Positions 27,930-41,214 of a DNA stretch of 64,000 bases are shown piece by piece. The translations under genes and the position numbers were made by a program. The notes beneath the pieces are model-generated. The model was not told the origin of the DNA, made no database searches, and saw nothing but the letters and a program-made list of their open reading frames with translations. Source of the stretch: Octopus sinensis (Eukaryota); assembly GCF_006345805.1 (NCBI RefSeq), contig NW_021837031.1, forward strand, positions 1-64,000, read 5' to 3'. Every line of letters starts with the position of its first letter. The stretch's first letter is position 1.

Positions 27930-28261
27930 CTGAGTAGATAGTTGGTCAGTTCGTACGCGGTGGTGGTTCAAAGCAGGTGGAGAAATTGGAGAGAGTGACG
28001 AAAAAAAAAAGCGGGAAGAGAAGAAAGAGAAAACATGCGTTTGTTAGTAAGTTAGTAGCAATGGAAAGAATATTTATATATACATACAAATATTATATAC
28101 ATGCTGTTAATGCAATTCACATACATGAATAATTTTTTGATGTAAAGAATCTTTACAATTATTTTACATTAGATTATATATATTTATACATACATACATA
28201 CACACACATACACAAACACACACACAAGCATATATATATATATACACCAGCTCAAATATTT

Positions 28262-28450
28262 TATCCTCTGTCTTCCCTCCTTGGGATCTTTCCTTCTCCT
28301 TGTTTCCGACGAAGAGCTCCGCTCGAAACGTTAAAAACCCTCCTTCCCTTCTTTCCTGAGCGTCAATAATACTTTAATTGTTCCACGTCCTGCGTTGCTG
28401 TGTTTTTCTCTTTTTTTCTCTTTTTTTCTGTGTTTTCTTGTTTGGATTAA
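28262..28450 (+). mobile_element. PLE-terminal-repeat-like element with hammerhead-like core (subfamily 1)
   Basis: tttCCGACGA-a-GAGCtccGCTC-GAAACGTT-aaa at 28306-28330. Downstream gagcgtc.ataatact...ttgttccacgtcc matches the 3.9-kb copy. Confidence 0.55.
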
Positions 28451-29277
28451 CTATATATATATATATATATATATATGTTTGTGTGTCTGTGTATAATGAT
28501 ACATATACATATACATATAAACATGCTGTTAATAAATTATACCCACACAGGGACTTTAAAATATACGAAAATTATTTTAAACAATTGTAGAACTTTATTA
28601 AGATATGCAAGGCCGGGACATTCAAAGGTAAATACTTGCCAATTCAAAGGTAGAATGATATATTACCTTGGACTAATTGACGTTTAACTGGGTGGGGGTT
28701 TTTCCCCAGATAATTTGGTCATTGAATGAATTTTCTCTAAAGAGATATATTAAAGAAAATCGTTTTGATTTGCCCCAGATGCAATTCCCTGTCTGGACAC
28801 ATTCTTGCACTTTTGTATAAGTCTTCCTAAGTTTCCAGACGTATCTATATTTTTGTTAATCGGTTGGACTTAATTATAGAAATATTTAATCGTTATTATT
28901 AAAAGATCAAATAAATGCGTATGTGCGGAGGCTTTCTTAAAGAGGCGCAACAATTAAATATATGCCAAATAAAAACCAATGAAGAAATATTGTTATATTT
29001 TTAAGAGATGTTATAAACCATGATGACCGCTTCTCTTTTCATTACCAAAGTTGCAACTAATGATTAATTATACGACAGACGAATCACCTGCCGTTGTCAA
29101 ATATTTAAGTCACTTGTTTGACGTTTGCACGTTTTGGGAAAGTATTTATTATTATTGAATCATGTTCACTTATAGACGATACATACGTGTACATAAAGAG
29201 CAGCTGTTAATGTCACGAGTAGACAGAATGTAAATAAAACTGGTACAATCTAAGGCCTATATCAGCCATTCTATATA

Positions 29278-30170
29278 TTGGGTCGTACCATAAATAATGC
29301 AGTATTTATTATTCTTTTATTCTTCAAAGCTGAGATAAACAAAGTTGTTTTTTTTTTAATCTAAAATATACTCTCCTTCATTTTCTACAATGCTCCTCCA
29401 TTTATCTAGTAGACTTAGAAGACCTCTCTTCCAAAATTCAGTTGTCCGTGACGAAAATTACTTCTCCAGAACTGTTCTGACCTCGAGAAAAGAGTTGATA
29501 TTTTTTCCGTCCAAATGACTCTGAAGACTGCGGAATAAATGATAATCAAATGGGGCGATGTCCGGTGAAATTGGTGGTTGGGGCATCATTTCCTATTCAA
29601 ATTGCTCCAGCCTTTGGAATGTCATCCTCACTGTATGTGGCCGAGTATTATCCTGAAGAACAATTTTCATCTTGAAGCCAACGATGGTCGTTTTTCTTCT
29701 AGCATAGGTGTCGATGAATGGTTGCACGACCAAATCCAAGCTTCTCTGCTAGTTCCGCAACAGTTACAATGGGATTTTGTTCGACCAGGGTTTGCAGGAC
29801 GTCCTCGTTGAGCTCTACATATCTTCCAGGACGAGGTTCGCCTTCTAGGCTGTAGTTTGCGGCTCGGAATTTCTGGAACCACCGTTGAAATTGGTTTATA
29901 CTTACTGTCCGATCTCTATATACTGTGTTAATATCCCTCGCACTTTCCGTTTCTTTGTTGCCTTTATTGAACTCATAAAGCAAAACATGCCGAATATGCT
30001 CCTTTGTCACTTCCATTACAGCCTTGAAAAAATACTTTTAAATTGAACTGCACTCTTCAAACCTTGCACTAAGAATAATGACAAAGTAAAATTACTACCT
30101 GCTTTTATAGCAAGTTGATGCACGTTGTTTATACTTCCCCGCTCCGACTTTTAGTTCATGGAAACCCTTT
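29278..30170 (-). mobile_element. Internally deleted mariner transposon
   Basis: 30016-29699 encodes a Mos1-type HTH N-terminus (HIRHVLLYEFNKG...RWFQKFR...SLEGEPRPGR...AELAEKLG). It is fused directly to C-terminal motifs QDNTRPH, PPISPDIAP and ...EGEYILD* (stop at 29356-29358). Left terminus TA|TTGGGTCGTACCATAAATAATGC at 29276. The right TIR is degenerate, so the end coordinate is approximate. Confidence 0.85.
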
Positions 30171-30871
30171 ATAATTTAGCACAAGACTAGTAAATTTGAG
30201 ATGAGACGTTTGGTCGATAACATCGACTTCAATGCTTGACTTTTACTTTTGTTTTATTGACCACAGAAGCAATGCAAACCAAAGGTGACTTCGGTAAGAT
30301 TTGAAACCACAACATAAAGAAACAGCAGGAAGCAATACTGCATGGTAGTTTCCCGACACTCGAACGTTTTTGCCATCGTGTCGCCTTAGCATAGTAAAAT
30401 AATAACTACTTCAGATATTCTGAAACATAACTAACAATCTTATACCTATAACTCTCCTACAAAACGGTAAATTTTCAGTGCTCCCGCTGTTTACAGCGCT
30501 AATTTCATTCTCTTATCCATTACATCAGTCATTTGTTAATACACGAACGGAGATGCATTTTTGAGGTATAAGTGCCTTTTTTGTAATTTGAATTCAGCCT
30601 TCGTTGAAGTATCTTTACATTTTTCCTGGATCTGTAATATCAGTAAGGTTTTAGAGGAAGTTCAATGTAATTCTGTTGCTGATATCCCGTTCCCTATAAA
30701 TTTCCTTACATCGGGGGCATATTAGGAGGTTAGAAATCATTCACTGCATCTATAGCAGGTAACATTCATAAATAATAATTACACATACATTAGCATACAT
30801 TAATAATTAATACAATCTGAAAATGAATTAAATATTAAGCAAAAAGAAACGAACAAGATTGAAACGGTTTT

Positions 30872-30950
30872 ATGTTAATGAGATGTTAGTATGGTGTTAA
30901 CATATGTTAATGAGATGTTAGTATGGTGTTAACATATGTTAATGAGATGT
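30872..30950. repeat. 32-bp tandem repeat, ~2.5 copies (ATGTTAATGAGATGTTAGTATGGTGTTAACAT)
   Basis: Two exact copies plus a partial third. Confidence 0.9.
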
Positions 30951-31204
30951 GGTTGTTAATGGTTAAGGGGTTAGAGGAGGTTGCTTTTAATGCAAATATA
31001 AATATGTTAATGGAATAACAAATGGAATAATGGAAGAGAAGTCTATAGCTGAGAAAGAAAGAGGAAAATAGGAAGGACAAAAGGCAATACTGAAGAAATC
31101 GGAGAGAGAGAGGGAGAGAGAGAGAGAGAGAGAAACAAAGGGAAAGAAAAGTAGGTTAGAAAAGACAGAGAGAAAAAGGAGATATGGGATGAGCTAAACA
31201 TCGT

Positions 31205-31505
31205 GCCCTTTGAATGATTAGGGCATGCTGTATTTCAAAGGGCCAACCTTGTCACACTCTGTGTCACGCTGAATATCCCCGAGAACTACTTTAATTTTAC
31301 ACGTGTCTGTGGAGTGCTCAGGGACTTGCACGTTAATAAATGAGTTGCGACATCATTAGTGCCAAGCTGTATCGGAATTTGCCTTTCCCTTGGATGACAT
31401 CGGTGGGCGACTGCTGGCCTTCCACAAACAACCTTGCCCGGACTTGTGCCTCGGAAGGTAACTTTCTAGGTGCAATCACATTGTCATTCATGATCTAAGG
31501 GGGTC
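31205..31505 (+). mobile_element. Head-less group-D SINE body and tail
   Basis: gggcgactgctggccttcca...ccttgcccggacttgtgcct...ggtaactttctaggtgcaat shared with 51058-51130. Confidence 0.65.
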
Positions 31506-32662
31506 AAAACACAACAATCAATAATTGTTAATCTTCATACAAGTTCAAATTTGCCTTCCATCCTGTCGGGGTCGATAAATTAAGTACCAGTTGCGTACTG
31601 GGAGCGACCTAATGACTGGACACCCACCCACCCAGAATATCGGGCCTTATGCCTAGAGTAGAAAAGAATAATTGTTAATATTCATAAAGTAGAACCCTAT
31701 ATGACTGTCGTTATGATCTTTTCGGTTCAATTCCACTGCGTGGCACATTGGACAAGTGCCTTCCAGTTTAACCCCGGGCCGACCAATTTTGCGTATGTTA
31801 GTTGTATATGTGTATGTGTATGTGTATTATATGTGTGTGTATGTATTTGTGTTTGTTTCCCTCTACCCCGGCCACCTAATACTTGATAACCGGTGTTGGC
31901 CTTTTTGCATTCCTATAACCAATTGGTTCGGCAGAAGAGGCAGATAGAACAACAATCAGACTCTACAAACGTAAGCAGGGGAGTGGATTTGTTCGACTAA
32001 AACGCTTCGCCTGCCGTATTAACGTTTCCGCCAGCTCGCCACCTTCTCCAGCAGAAAATATTAATATAAAAACGTTGTTTAGGCATTCCAGTCCTGCTGA
32101 GTAATAGGCTACATATTCTTAAAATAGTAAAAATGAGTTATACTGTTTGATAAATATGAAAAATATATCATAGTATATTAAAGAACGTAGAAGGGCGGGT
32201 GTGAGCATTTTCATAATAAATAAATAATATTTCATATTTTATAATTAGTATGAATCAATATTTGGTAACTAAGGATTGACTCTGAGCTCTATAAATAATC
32301 TGCGTAGGCACACACACACAGACAAATAATTATAGACAGGTCGGCATACACACACGCGTGCATATAAGTATATATCATTTCATACATAAACTACCATTCT
32401 ATGCATTTTATAATTTTGCTAATCCTCTTCGGATCCGGCCATAAAGAGTAATGTACATTCATTGAACTGGGGATCAGTAAATTTGACTAGCAAAAATTTC
32501 TGTATTTCACAATATCAATCTATACGCACTGAGACGCGTGTACTGCGGTGATGAATTTGACCACATCGCACGAGGAGTTTAGGCGGGCATTTTAAACTGG
32601 TCGGGTGCATACGTGCATATATATGTATGTATACGTTCGTATATGTAAGTATTCGTATGTTG

Positions 32663-32698
<36 letters not shown>

Positions 32699-32699
32699 A

Positions 32700-32731
<32 letters not shown>

Positions 32732-32948
32732 TTGTATTTATGTACTGTGTATATTCCACTGAAGAGGCAAAGCATTTCTTATGCAGATCCAGAAATCCGG
32801 GATCTGGAATATCCAGTAATTTTTTACTGAATTATTCTCTCTCTCCTGGTGCTGTATGAACTTTTAATGTGGTTTTAGAGTCAAGTTTTGGCTACTATTT
32901 CAAGCGTGGTGGTATGTCTTAGATACCCTAAATTATAATTTTTATTAT

Positions 32949-32991
<43 letters not shown>

Positions 32992-33574
32992 GCATGTATG
33001 TATGTATGTATGTATGTATGTATGTATGTGTATGTATGTATGTGTGTGTGCATTTGTGTATGCGTGTTTGTGTTTGTGTGTGTGTACATAGTAACATACA
33101 TACGTACACACATCAGTATATGGAAAGATATTGCCTGTAAAGAATTTCCCACACTTAAGCTTCTTAGTTGAGTTGCCAATCTGTCAGATATTAATGGTTG
33201 AATATCTTTGGATATTTTGCTTCACTAAACCACACAGTCCTGTATATTTCCATAGATTACTATTCTGCATATTTTTATCGTTTCCTCTGTTTTACGAGAA
33301 ATGTGCTTGTCAAACTTGTAACATTTCATGTCTTGAGATTATCGGAGCTGCAAAGATGCGTGGTTAAGACATTTGTTAGGAACATTTAAGGTACCGGTTG
33401 TGATCCCACGACGAAATATTTTTGTAGATATATGTTCTGCCTTCCAGAACATCGGGTCAAACAATACATTACGTGTGCAATTTGGAAAAAAAATTCTAAG
33501 ACATTTGAAGCAACTCTGCATATCCATCTATCTACCTATCACGTCTCTCTCTCTACACACATACTCACTCATAT

Positions 33575-34627
33575 ATCTGTAAAATAATATGTGACAATTA
33601 TTCAGTAGCCAAGATAAAACTCTGAGTTTTCGATGCCGAGGTGGAAATCCACACCACCATCTCTTCGATTATCTGGTAATCTGAAAAACGCTATGAAAAA
33701 AGACCATTATACAAAGGGAAATTACTATGTTATAGACCACTAATTAAGATAAAGTTAAAAGTTCATAGTAAACTCGTAAGCGTGCCTATTCATACGTACA
33801 CATGCGCGCTCGCGCACCCACGTGCGTACGCATACATCACTATGAAAACGTACACACCTTCACTCACATTTTCGCCAAATGTATATGCATATATATACAA
33901 ACGCATACACACACGCGCGCACCGTAAAAGTTAATATATACGTCTACATACGCACAAGCACAAGAAAAAACAGGGTTAAGGGTAACAATACAGAAAAAAG
34001 GCATAAGGAAGTATACAAAGAGTAAACCACGTTCATATACGGACATACCATTATGCACGCACACACACACGCCCATATATGCACATACCCGCACACGTCT
34101 ATGTACGCATACAGACACACTCACGCACAAAAAGGATTAATACATACGCCCCACCCAAAAAAAATTGTATAGGGTATGTCCGTATATGAACGTGGTTTAC
34201 ACTTTGTATAATTCTTAATGCCTTTTTTCTGTATTGTTACCCTTAACCCTGATTTTTCTTGTGCTTGTGCGCATGTAGACGTATGTATGAACGTTCATAC
34301 ATGTGTACGTATAAACAGGCACGCTTACGTGTTTACTATGAACTTTTAACATTATCTTATTCAGCGGTCATTCGAATTAGCGCTTTGTATAAGTAGCGGT
34401 CTATAACACAGTACTTTCCCTTTGTATAACGGTCTTTTTTCATAGCGTTTTTCAGATTGCCAGATAACCGAAGAGATGGTGGTGTGGATTTCCACCTCGG
34501 CATCCGGAACTCAGAGTTTTATCTTGGCCACTGAATAATTGTCACATTATTTTATAGATAAATTCCTCTATTTACATAATATTGAGGTCTCTTTCTTTCT
34601 TTTGTTATCTCACCGTTTTTACCAATA
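33575..34627. repeat. Fold-back (long inverted repeat) element, arms ~33575-34049 and ~34173-34627
   Basis: Left arm ...gatgccgaggtggaaatccacaccaccatctcttcg...cacaagcacaagaaaa...accacgttcatatacggacatacc is the reverse complement of right arm ggtatgtccgtatatgaacgtggt...ttttcttgtgcttgtg...cgaagagatggtggtgtggatttccacctcggcatc. Spacer ~120 bp. Each arm has its own internal deletion. Confidence 0.9.
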
Positions 34628-34649
34628 TAAATATAATATATATATATAT

Positions 34650-35297
34650 ACGTATATATCACCTTGATCACCCTGACCGACCAGTCCGTCAGGCGTCCAT
34701 TTGGCACCGCTGGTCACAGCACGCTGTCCACTCCCCTCTGGATCGCGCCTTTCTTATCCACATGATCCCAATCGTCCTCCTGAAATCGTAACTCCACCGT
34801 CGTGAAGGTCTTCCAGGTGGTCTTTTCCGCTCGCGCGGGTACCACTCGACACCTGCGTGAGTCCATCGATTATCGGTGAGCCGGGCAACGTGTCCATCCC
34901 ATCTATACTTGCTGCGTGTATACTCTGCGATGACATCTCTCACGCCGGACTTCTTTCTGATGATCTCGCTACTGATGTGCACTCTAAACGAGATACCAAG
35001 CATTGACCTTTCCATGGCTCTTTGAGCCGTTACCAGTCTCTGCTCTTCTCTCTTTGTGGTAGCCCATGTTTCACTACCATATAACATTGCAGGTAGAACT
35101 GCACTGTTAATGAGGTTGGCGCGGGTGGCCCTGTCCAACCTTCCCTTCAGCACATTCCTTATGCCATTAAACGCCTTCCATCCGGCTCTTACTCTCCGTG
35201 AGATCTCCTTTTCGATATCTCGGCACATATTCACTTCCTGTCCCAGGTAGACATATTCCTTTACCTCCTCTATTTCATCACTGCCGATCACCACATC
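34650..35297 (-). mobile_element. 5'-truncated RTE-clade LINE (C-terminal part of ORF2 plus 3' tail)
   Basis: Open frame 34689-35294 with typical RTE C-terminal motifs (YVYLGQ, RRVRAGWKAF, LPAMLYGSETW, QRAMERSMLG, KYRWDGHVAR, RPPGRPSRRW). Ends in a short ggtgatcaaggtgat tail next to (TA)n. Confidence 0.92.
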
Positions 35298-35474
35298 ATG
35301 TATTCATATATGACATGGTTTTAGAGTCTGGTTTTAACTTCTATTTCAAGCATGGTGGTATCTCTTAGACACCCTTAATTATAATTCTAATAAAAATTGT
35401 TACCTATAAGGTTTTTCTTCCCATGCTGGGCATACGATCATTATTTTAAATAACGGTCTTATCATTATTAATAG

Positions 35475-35627
35475 GATTGGCTGTGTGCTAATTACCTTGC
35501 TTATCAACCACATGCATCCGGGTTCAGTCCCACTGCGTGGCACCTTGGGCAAGTGTTTTCTGTTATAGTCTAAGGCCGAACGAATCATTGTGAGTGGATT
35601 TAGTGGACAGAAACTGAAAGAACCCCG

Positions 35628-35706
<79 letters not shown>

Positions 35707-35830
35707 GTTTGTGTGTGTGTGTGTACGTTTGTGTGCCTGTGTTTGGTCCCTCCGGCATCGCTTGACAACCAATGCTGGTATGTTTACGTGTCCGTAACTT
35801 AGCGGTTCGGCAACACAGACCGATAGAAAA
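35475..35830 (+). mobile_element. Group-A SINE, 3'-truncated, expanded internal (TA)n
   Basis: ttggctgtgtgct...gggttcagtcccactgcgtggc...gacagaaactgaaagaa. Confidence 0.8.
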
Positions 35831-36761
35831 TGTGTGTGTGTGTATGTGTGTGTCTGAGTGTGCTTGGGAATGTTTGTGTACAATACACTTTATGTGTGTA
35901 TGCGAATGTGTGGATCCAGATATAAGGAGCGTGCGTATGCCTTTGGTTGTCCATTTGTGTTTATCACTATTTTGGATATGAGAACGTCTATAATTCACGT
36001 GCATATGTTCACATGAAACTATATGCGGGGACACACACACACACGCACACACATAGACACTCACACATACACAGACACTCACACATACACAAACACACAC
36101 ACACACACGTGCAAATACGCTACGGCACACACATATATGAAATCCATTTCTCACAATCAGCTAGTCATATCAGCAATAAAGTATATCTTTACAATTTTGA
36201 AACAAGCCAGTCAGATTGTAATAAATTCTGCACGCTATCCTTTCGCATTTCTATAGAACATAGATTTCCTTTTATTCGTTTATTCTTTTATTCTGTCCAC
36301 TTTTCTTGAATTCGTTCTACGTTCTACTAGCAATGTCCTGAATGAACTAAGGAATACTCAAATGTTGTAAAACGCCTGACAAGACAGACTAAAACTGTTG
36401 CCTAGCAACGTCCTATCATCGTTTGTAGTTTCAAATACGACCGACTTGGCCACGTTTGCATGCCTTCCTTTCACGACTGTGCTTTTGCAGCTAAGGTTGG
36501 TTATGAAGGAGCAAACCTGGGTTGTGGATGTAGTTAATGGGAGAAGGCGAAGCGATCTGCAGCTCCTTATATCTGGATACATGGTAGACATGTTCCTTGT
36601 GTAGTTTCTAAGTAGTGCACTGCATAATTATATGGATATAGAGCAGCAGTTTGATCACGTAGTACATATTGTCACATATAATTCTATATATTTATATATA
36701 TATATATCATATATATATACATGTGTGTGTATATGTATATATATATGTGCATATATATATG

Positions 36762-37147
36762 TGCAGGAGTGGCTGTGTGGTAAGTAGCTTGCTAACCAAC
36801 CACATGGTTCCGGGTTCAGTCCCACTGCGTGGCATCTTGGGCAAGTGTCTTCTGCTATAGTCCCGGGCCGACCAATGCCTTGTGAGTGGATTTGGTAGAC
36901 GGAAACTGAAAGAAGCCAGTCGTATATATGTATATGTGTGTGTGTGTGTTTGCGTGTCTGTGTTTGTCCCCCTAGCATTGCTTGACAGCCGATGCTGGTG
37001 TGTTTACGTCCCCGTCAGCAAAAGAGACCGATAGAATAAGTACTGGACTTACAAAGAATAAGTCCCGGGATCGATTTGCTCGATTAAAGGCGGTGCTCCA
37101 GCATGGCCGCAGTCAAATGACTGAAACAAGTAAAAGAGTAAAAGAGT
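36762..37147 (+). mobile_element. Group-A SINE, full length
   Basis: Near-identical to the 17754 copy with a small internal deletion. Confidence 0.9.
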
Positions 37148-37165
37148 ATATATATATGCACATGC

Positions 37166-37219
<54 letters not shown>

Positions 37220-38255
37220 CATAATACATTTACATGTGTGTGTGTTAATGTGTATGTGTGTGTATGAATGTGTGTATGTGAGTTTGAATATGTGTGTGCA
37301 CGAACATGTGTGTTTGTGTGCGTGTGTGCGTGCGCGCGTGTTCGTGTGTAGATCTATCTCTGTGTCAATGTTAAAACTAAGACGATTAAAGCCAGAATTG
37401 TCTACTGACGTCCCATACTTTAGTGATTCAGCAAAGAGACTTGGTAAAATAAGTTCACAGCGTGGAATCAGGTACCGGAGTCAACAGAACCAAGTTAACC
37501 TTTCATGATGGATATTTCTAACTCTGACTTAAGAGTTATTATTTTTATTATTATATTAATTTATTTTCTTTACTCCGTAACTAAATTCATTTTACCTATG
37601 AAAAAATATTTTTTCCCCAGTAGCTGACATAGCGAAAATAGCGTAACTTTGATAAGCCACAGAGAAATAAAATATATGAATATATAAATATATAAATAGA
37701 TAAACAGACTAATAATTACTACCGCAGCAGAACGTGTTCGTTTTCGATTCTATGGTATACTAGAGGGAACAAAAAATATCGAGAGATGTGAATCGTCTCT
37801 GCATGTGCAAGTTAATTAAAATTTAAATTGCATTTAAATAATTTCAAATAGTTCACAGGTGCAGTACCGCTTCAAGTCAATGAAACTTCTCTGTAGGTAT
37901 CACAACATTTATAAATAACTCGTAGAATGGAAACAAATATTCCAAGCAAGAAAACCAATAATAACCTAAACTTAGAGCTATCGTATATTTTTCCATTAGT
38001 AATCAATATGAATAGTTAGATTTGGTAGTTTCAATGTTTTCGCTTATTTCTTTATATACTAACGTTTTTTTTTTTTAGTATACCAAACAAATAATCAGTG
38101 CAATGCACTAACTTGCTAAGGACAGCTTGAAAGTAATGTTCAGGTGAATGGTTATGTTGAAGAATGGTAAGAATAATGAAAATTGTAGCGCAGCATCGTC
38201 TTTCAAGGAACGATACAGTTTTTCACTTTCAAATTGTAAATGCCGATAGATGGAC

Positions 38256-38730
38256 TATAATTTTAATTCGAATTTTTAATTGAATTTAAAATTAATTGTA
38301 ATTCGAATTGAATTATAGCCATGAAACGTACGTAGTGTTTTTACTTATTATATTAGTAAAATATTATTACTTATTATTACTTTTTTATACTTTTTGGTTA
38401 AAAAAAGTATAAAGTTTCAAGATTTCAAAATTTAAAAACTTAAAAATATAAAAATATAAAAATTTATATATTATGAATTTTAATAATTTAAATTCGAATT
38501 TTTAATTGAATTTAAACTTAATTGTAATTCGAATTGAATTATAGCCATGAAACGTACGCAGTGTTTTTACTTATTAAATTATATTTAACATCTTTATATA
38601 TAGTGGTTAAAAAAGTATAAAGTTTAAAGATTTAAAAATTAAAAAATTTAAAAATTAAAACATATAAGAATATAAAAAATTATAAATATAAATTTTAAAA
38701 TTTCAAATTTTAATAATTTAAATTTAAATT
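38256..38730. repeat. AT-rich tandem duplication, period ~226 bp
   Basis: attcgaatttttaattgaattt...aattcgaattgaattatagccatgaaacgtacg occurs at 38266 and 38492, each followed by ggttaaaaaa.gtataaagttt. Confidence 0.8.
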
Positions 38731-39193
38731 TTTATATTTTATATATATATTTATATTATATTAATTATATTTATTTTTTTATGTTTTGGTTAATGTCTAT
38801 CACTGTTTGAGTTGCCTAATATTGGTTATATCTCTAATTTAATTGATATATATATCACATACAAGCCGAATGCCATCTTTGTGCGACAGCTCTGCTTGTG
38901 ATTATCCAGTATACTTTTATATTGGCTTCATTAATTTTCTGTTTGGAATTCGGCTGAGCTAGCTGCACCTGACGATCCGCAATACAGTGAAATCGCGTGA
39001 AACACTGCTGCCATCCGCCGGTGTGATGTCGAATTTTGTGGACCGATAACAAAATTTTATTGCTTCTTGGCATTTGTGATCTAGACAATGTAGTCTAGGA
39101 CATTGGAGATGTCAAATATGCTGGTTAATATTCATTCTAAAAGCAGCTTCAGTCCCAAATTGCCTACACTCTACTCTCTCTCTTCCTCCCCCA

Positions 39194-39269
<76 letters not shown>

Positions 39270-39309
39270 TATGTATATATGGATATATACACATACATTC
39301 ATATACTCC

Positions 39310-39667
39310 TGTATTCCATTACTTGTTTCAGGGATTTGACGGCGGCCATTCTGCGCATTACTTTGAAGGGTTTTAGCCGGAAAAATCGACTCCAGCCTAG
39401 TTGTTATTCTATCGGACACTTTTGCCGAACCACTAAGTTACGGGGACATAAATACACCAACACCGGTTGTCAAGCGTTGATAGGGAGGTGGACAAACACA
39501 AACACAAAAACGCACACATATTCTCTCAGGCTCCGTCAACCAAATCCATTCACAATGCATTGGTCCGCTCGAGGCAATTGTAGGAGACACCCTCCCAACA
39601 TGGCATGCAGTGGGACGGAACCTGGAAGCATGTGGTTTGGAAGCAAGATTCTTACCACATAGCCACA

Positions 39668-39670
<3 letters not shown>
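39310..39670 (-). mobile_element. Group-A SINE, diverged
   Basis: ttacttgtttcag...gcggccattctg...gcagtgggacggaacc...atagccacacct. Confidence 0.8.
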
Positions 39671-39761
<91 letters not shown>

Positions 39762-39859
39762 ACGTGATCACCACGAATTTTTAATGTTAGATTAAATGTT
39801 GTAAAATGCAGTGTTACATTTGTTATTGGAATGAATTTTGTTTCTATATATAATATATA

Positions 39860-39911
<52 letters not shown>

Positions 39912-39917
39912 ATATAT

Positions 39918-40216
39918 ATCACCGTGACCGACCAGACTATCAGGTGTTGCTACACATCGCTGGTCCCAATACGCTTCGCATTGTTTTAGCCTTCAAATGA
40001 CGCCACCCCGCTGACTGTGCGAGCAGGCCAACAGAAGAAAGAATGAGAGAAAATTGTGGCGAAAGAGTACAGCAGGGATCGCCACCACCCGCTGCCGGAG
40101 TCTCGTGGAGGTTTGGGTGTTTTCGCTCAATAAGCACTCACAACGCCCGGTCTGAGAATCGAAACCGTGATCCTACGACCGCGAGTCCGCTGTTCTAACC
40201 ACTGGGCCATTGCGCT
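39918..40216 (-). mobile_element. tRNA-derived SINE, group C, with RTE-derived tail
   Basis: Head gcgcaatggcccagtggttag...ggtttcgattctc. The 3' ~60 nt match the 3' end of the RTE at 34650. Confidence 0.85.
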
Positions 40217-40217
40217 T

Positions 40218-40266
<49 letters not shown>

Positions 40267-40347
40267 CATATATATATATAATATATATATAATATATATA
40301 TATATATTATATATATATATTATATATATATATATATATGTGTGTGT

Positions 40348-40596
40348 GCAGAATTTAAGCTCAGAACATAAAGACAGACGAAATACCTATTTCTTTACTA
40401 CCCACAAGGGGTTAAACACAGAGAGGACAAACAAGGACAGACAAACGGATTAAGTCGATTATATCGACCCAAGTGCGTAACTGGTACTTATTTAATCGAC
40501 CCCGAAAGGATGAAAGGCACAGTTGAACACGGCGGAATTTGAACTCAGAACGTAACGGCAGACGAAATACCGCTGGGCATTTCGCCCGGCGTGCTA
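40348..40596 (-). mobile_element. Group-B SINE (partial dimer)
   Basis: Contains the gacgaaatacctatttcttt junction and the conserved body. Confidence 0.8.
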
Positions 40597-40641
40597 TGCA
40601 AGATAAATATTTATAAGATGGTGTAAGACTACAAAAGAATA

Positions 40642-40945
40642 TATTAGACTTTACAAGACTTTAAAACACTTTATATGAGGTATTGAAAGTGTCATCCTTC
40701 ATGTTCAATATATAAGTTGACTGTTTTCCACATGTTTTGAAATACATCTTGGAGGGTCTAATGCTGTATGTAATGTGTGAAAGCCATGAATGCCTCTTTT
40801 AGCACATTAATGGTTTTCGGGCAATTCTTGTACACTGATTCTTTACTTGTACACTGATCCCCAGAAAAAAAGTCTGGTGGTGTTTAATCAGGTCATCTTG
40901 GTAGCCGGAGTCCATTCGAAATAATCCGTTCACCGAAATTTTCAC
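40642..40945 (-). mobile_element. IS630/Tc1/mariner-superfamily transposase C-terminal remnant (not the mariner family above)
   Basis: Minus strand, with stops and frameshifts: LPR*PD*TPPDFFL(W)G, then SVYKNCPKTINVLKEA...LQDVFQNM...IEHEG*HFQYLI*. Matches the WPPRSPDLTPxDFFLWG...GxHFEHL C-terminus of Tc1-like/maT-type elements. Confidence 0.65.
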
Positions 40946-40965
40946 TGCGGTGAGACGTTATAACA

Positions 40966-41015
<50 letters not shown>

Positions 41016-41062
41016 GACGGGCTTCTACCAGTTTCCATCTAGCAAATATATTCATAAAGCTT

Positions 41063-41147
<85 letters not shown>
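41063..41147. repeat. Pure (GTA)n trinucleotide microsatellite
   Basis: Directly visible, followed by (GTT)n. Confidence 0.97.
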
Positions 41148-41214
41148 ATTTTGTTGTTGTGGTTGTTGTTGCTGTTGTTGTTTATGATTTGTGTTCGAGA
41201 TCGGCAATTCTGAG

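Noticed and set aside
27693-27971. Listed ORFs 27693-27920 (+), 27717-27971 (-) and 27739-27933 (+) as genes
   Set aside because: They are off-frame or antisense shadows of the 108-nt collagen exon.
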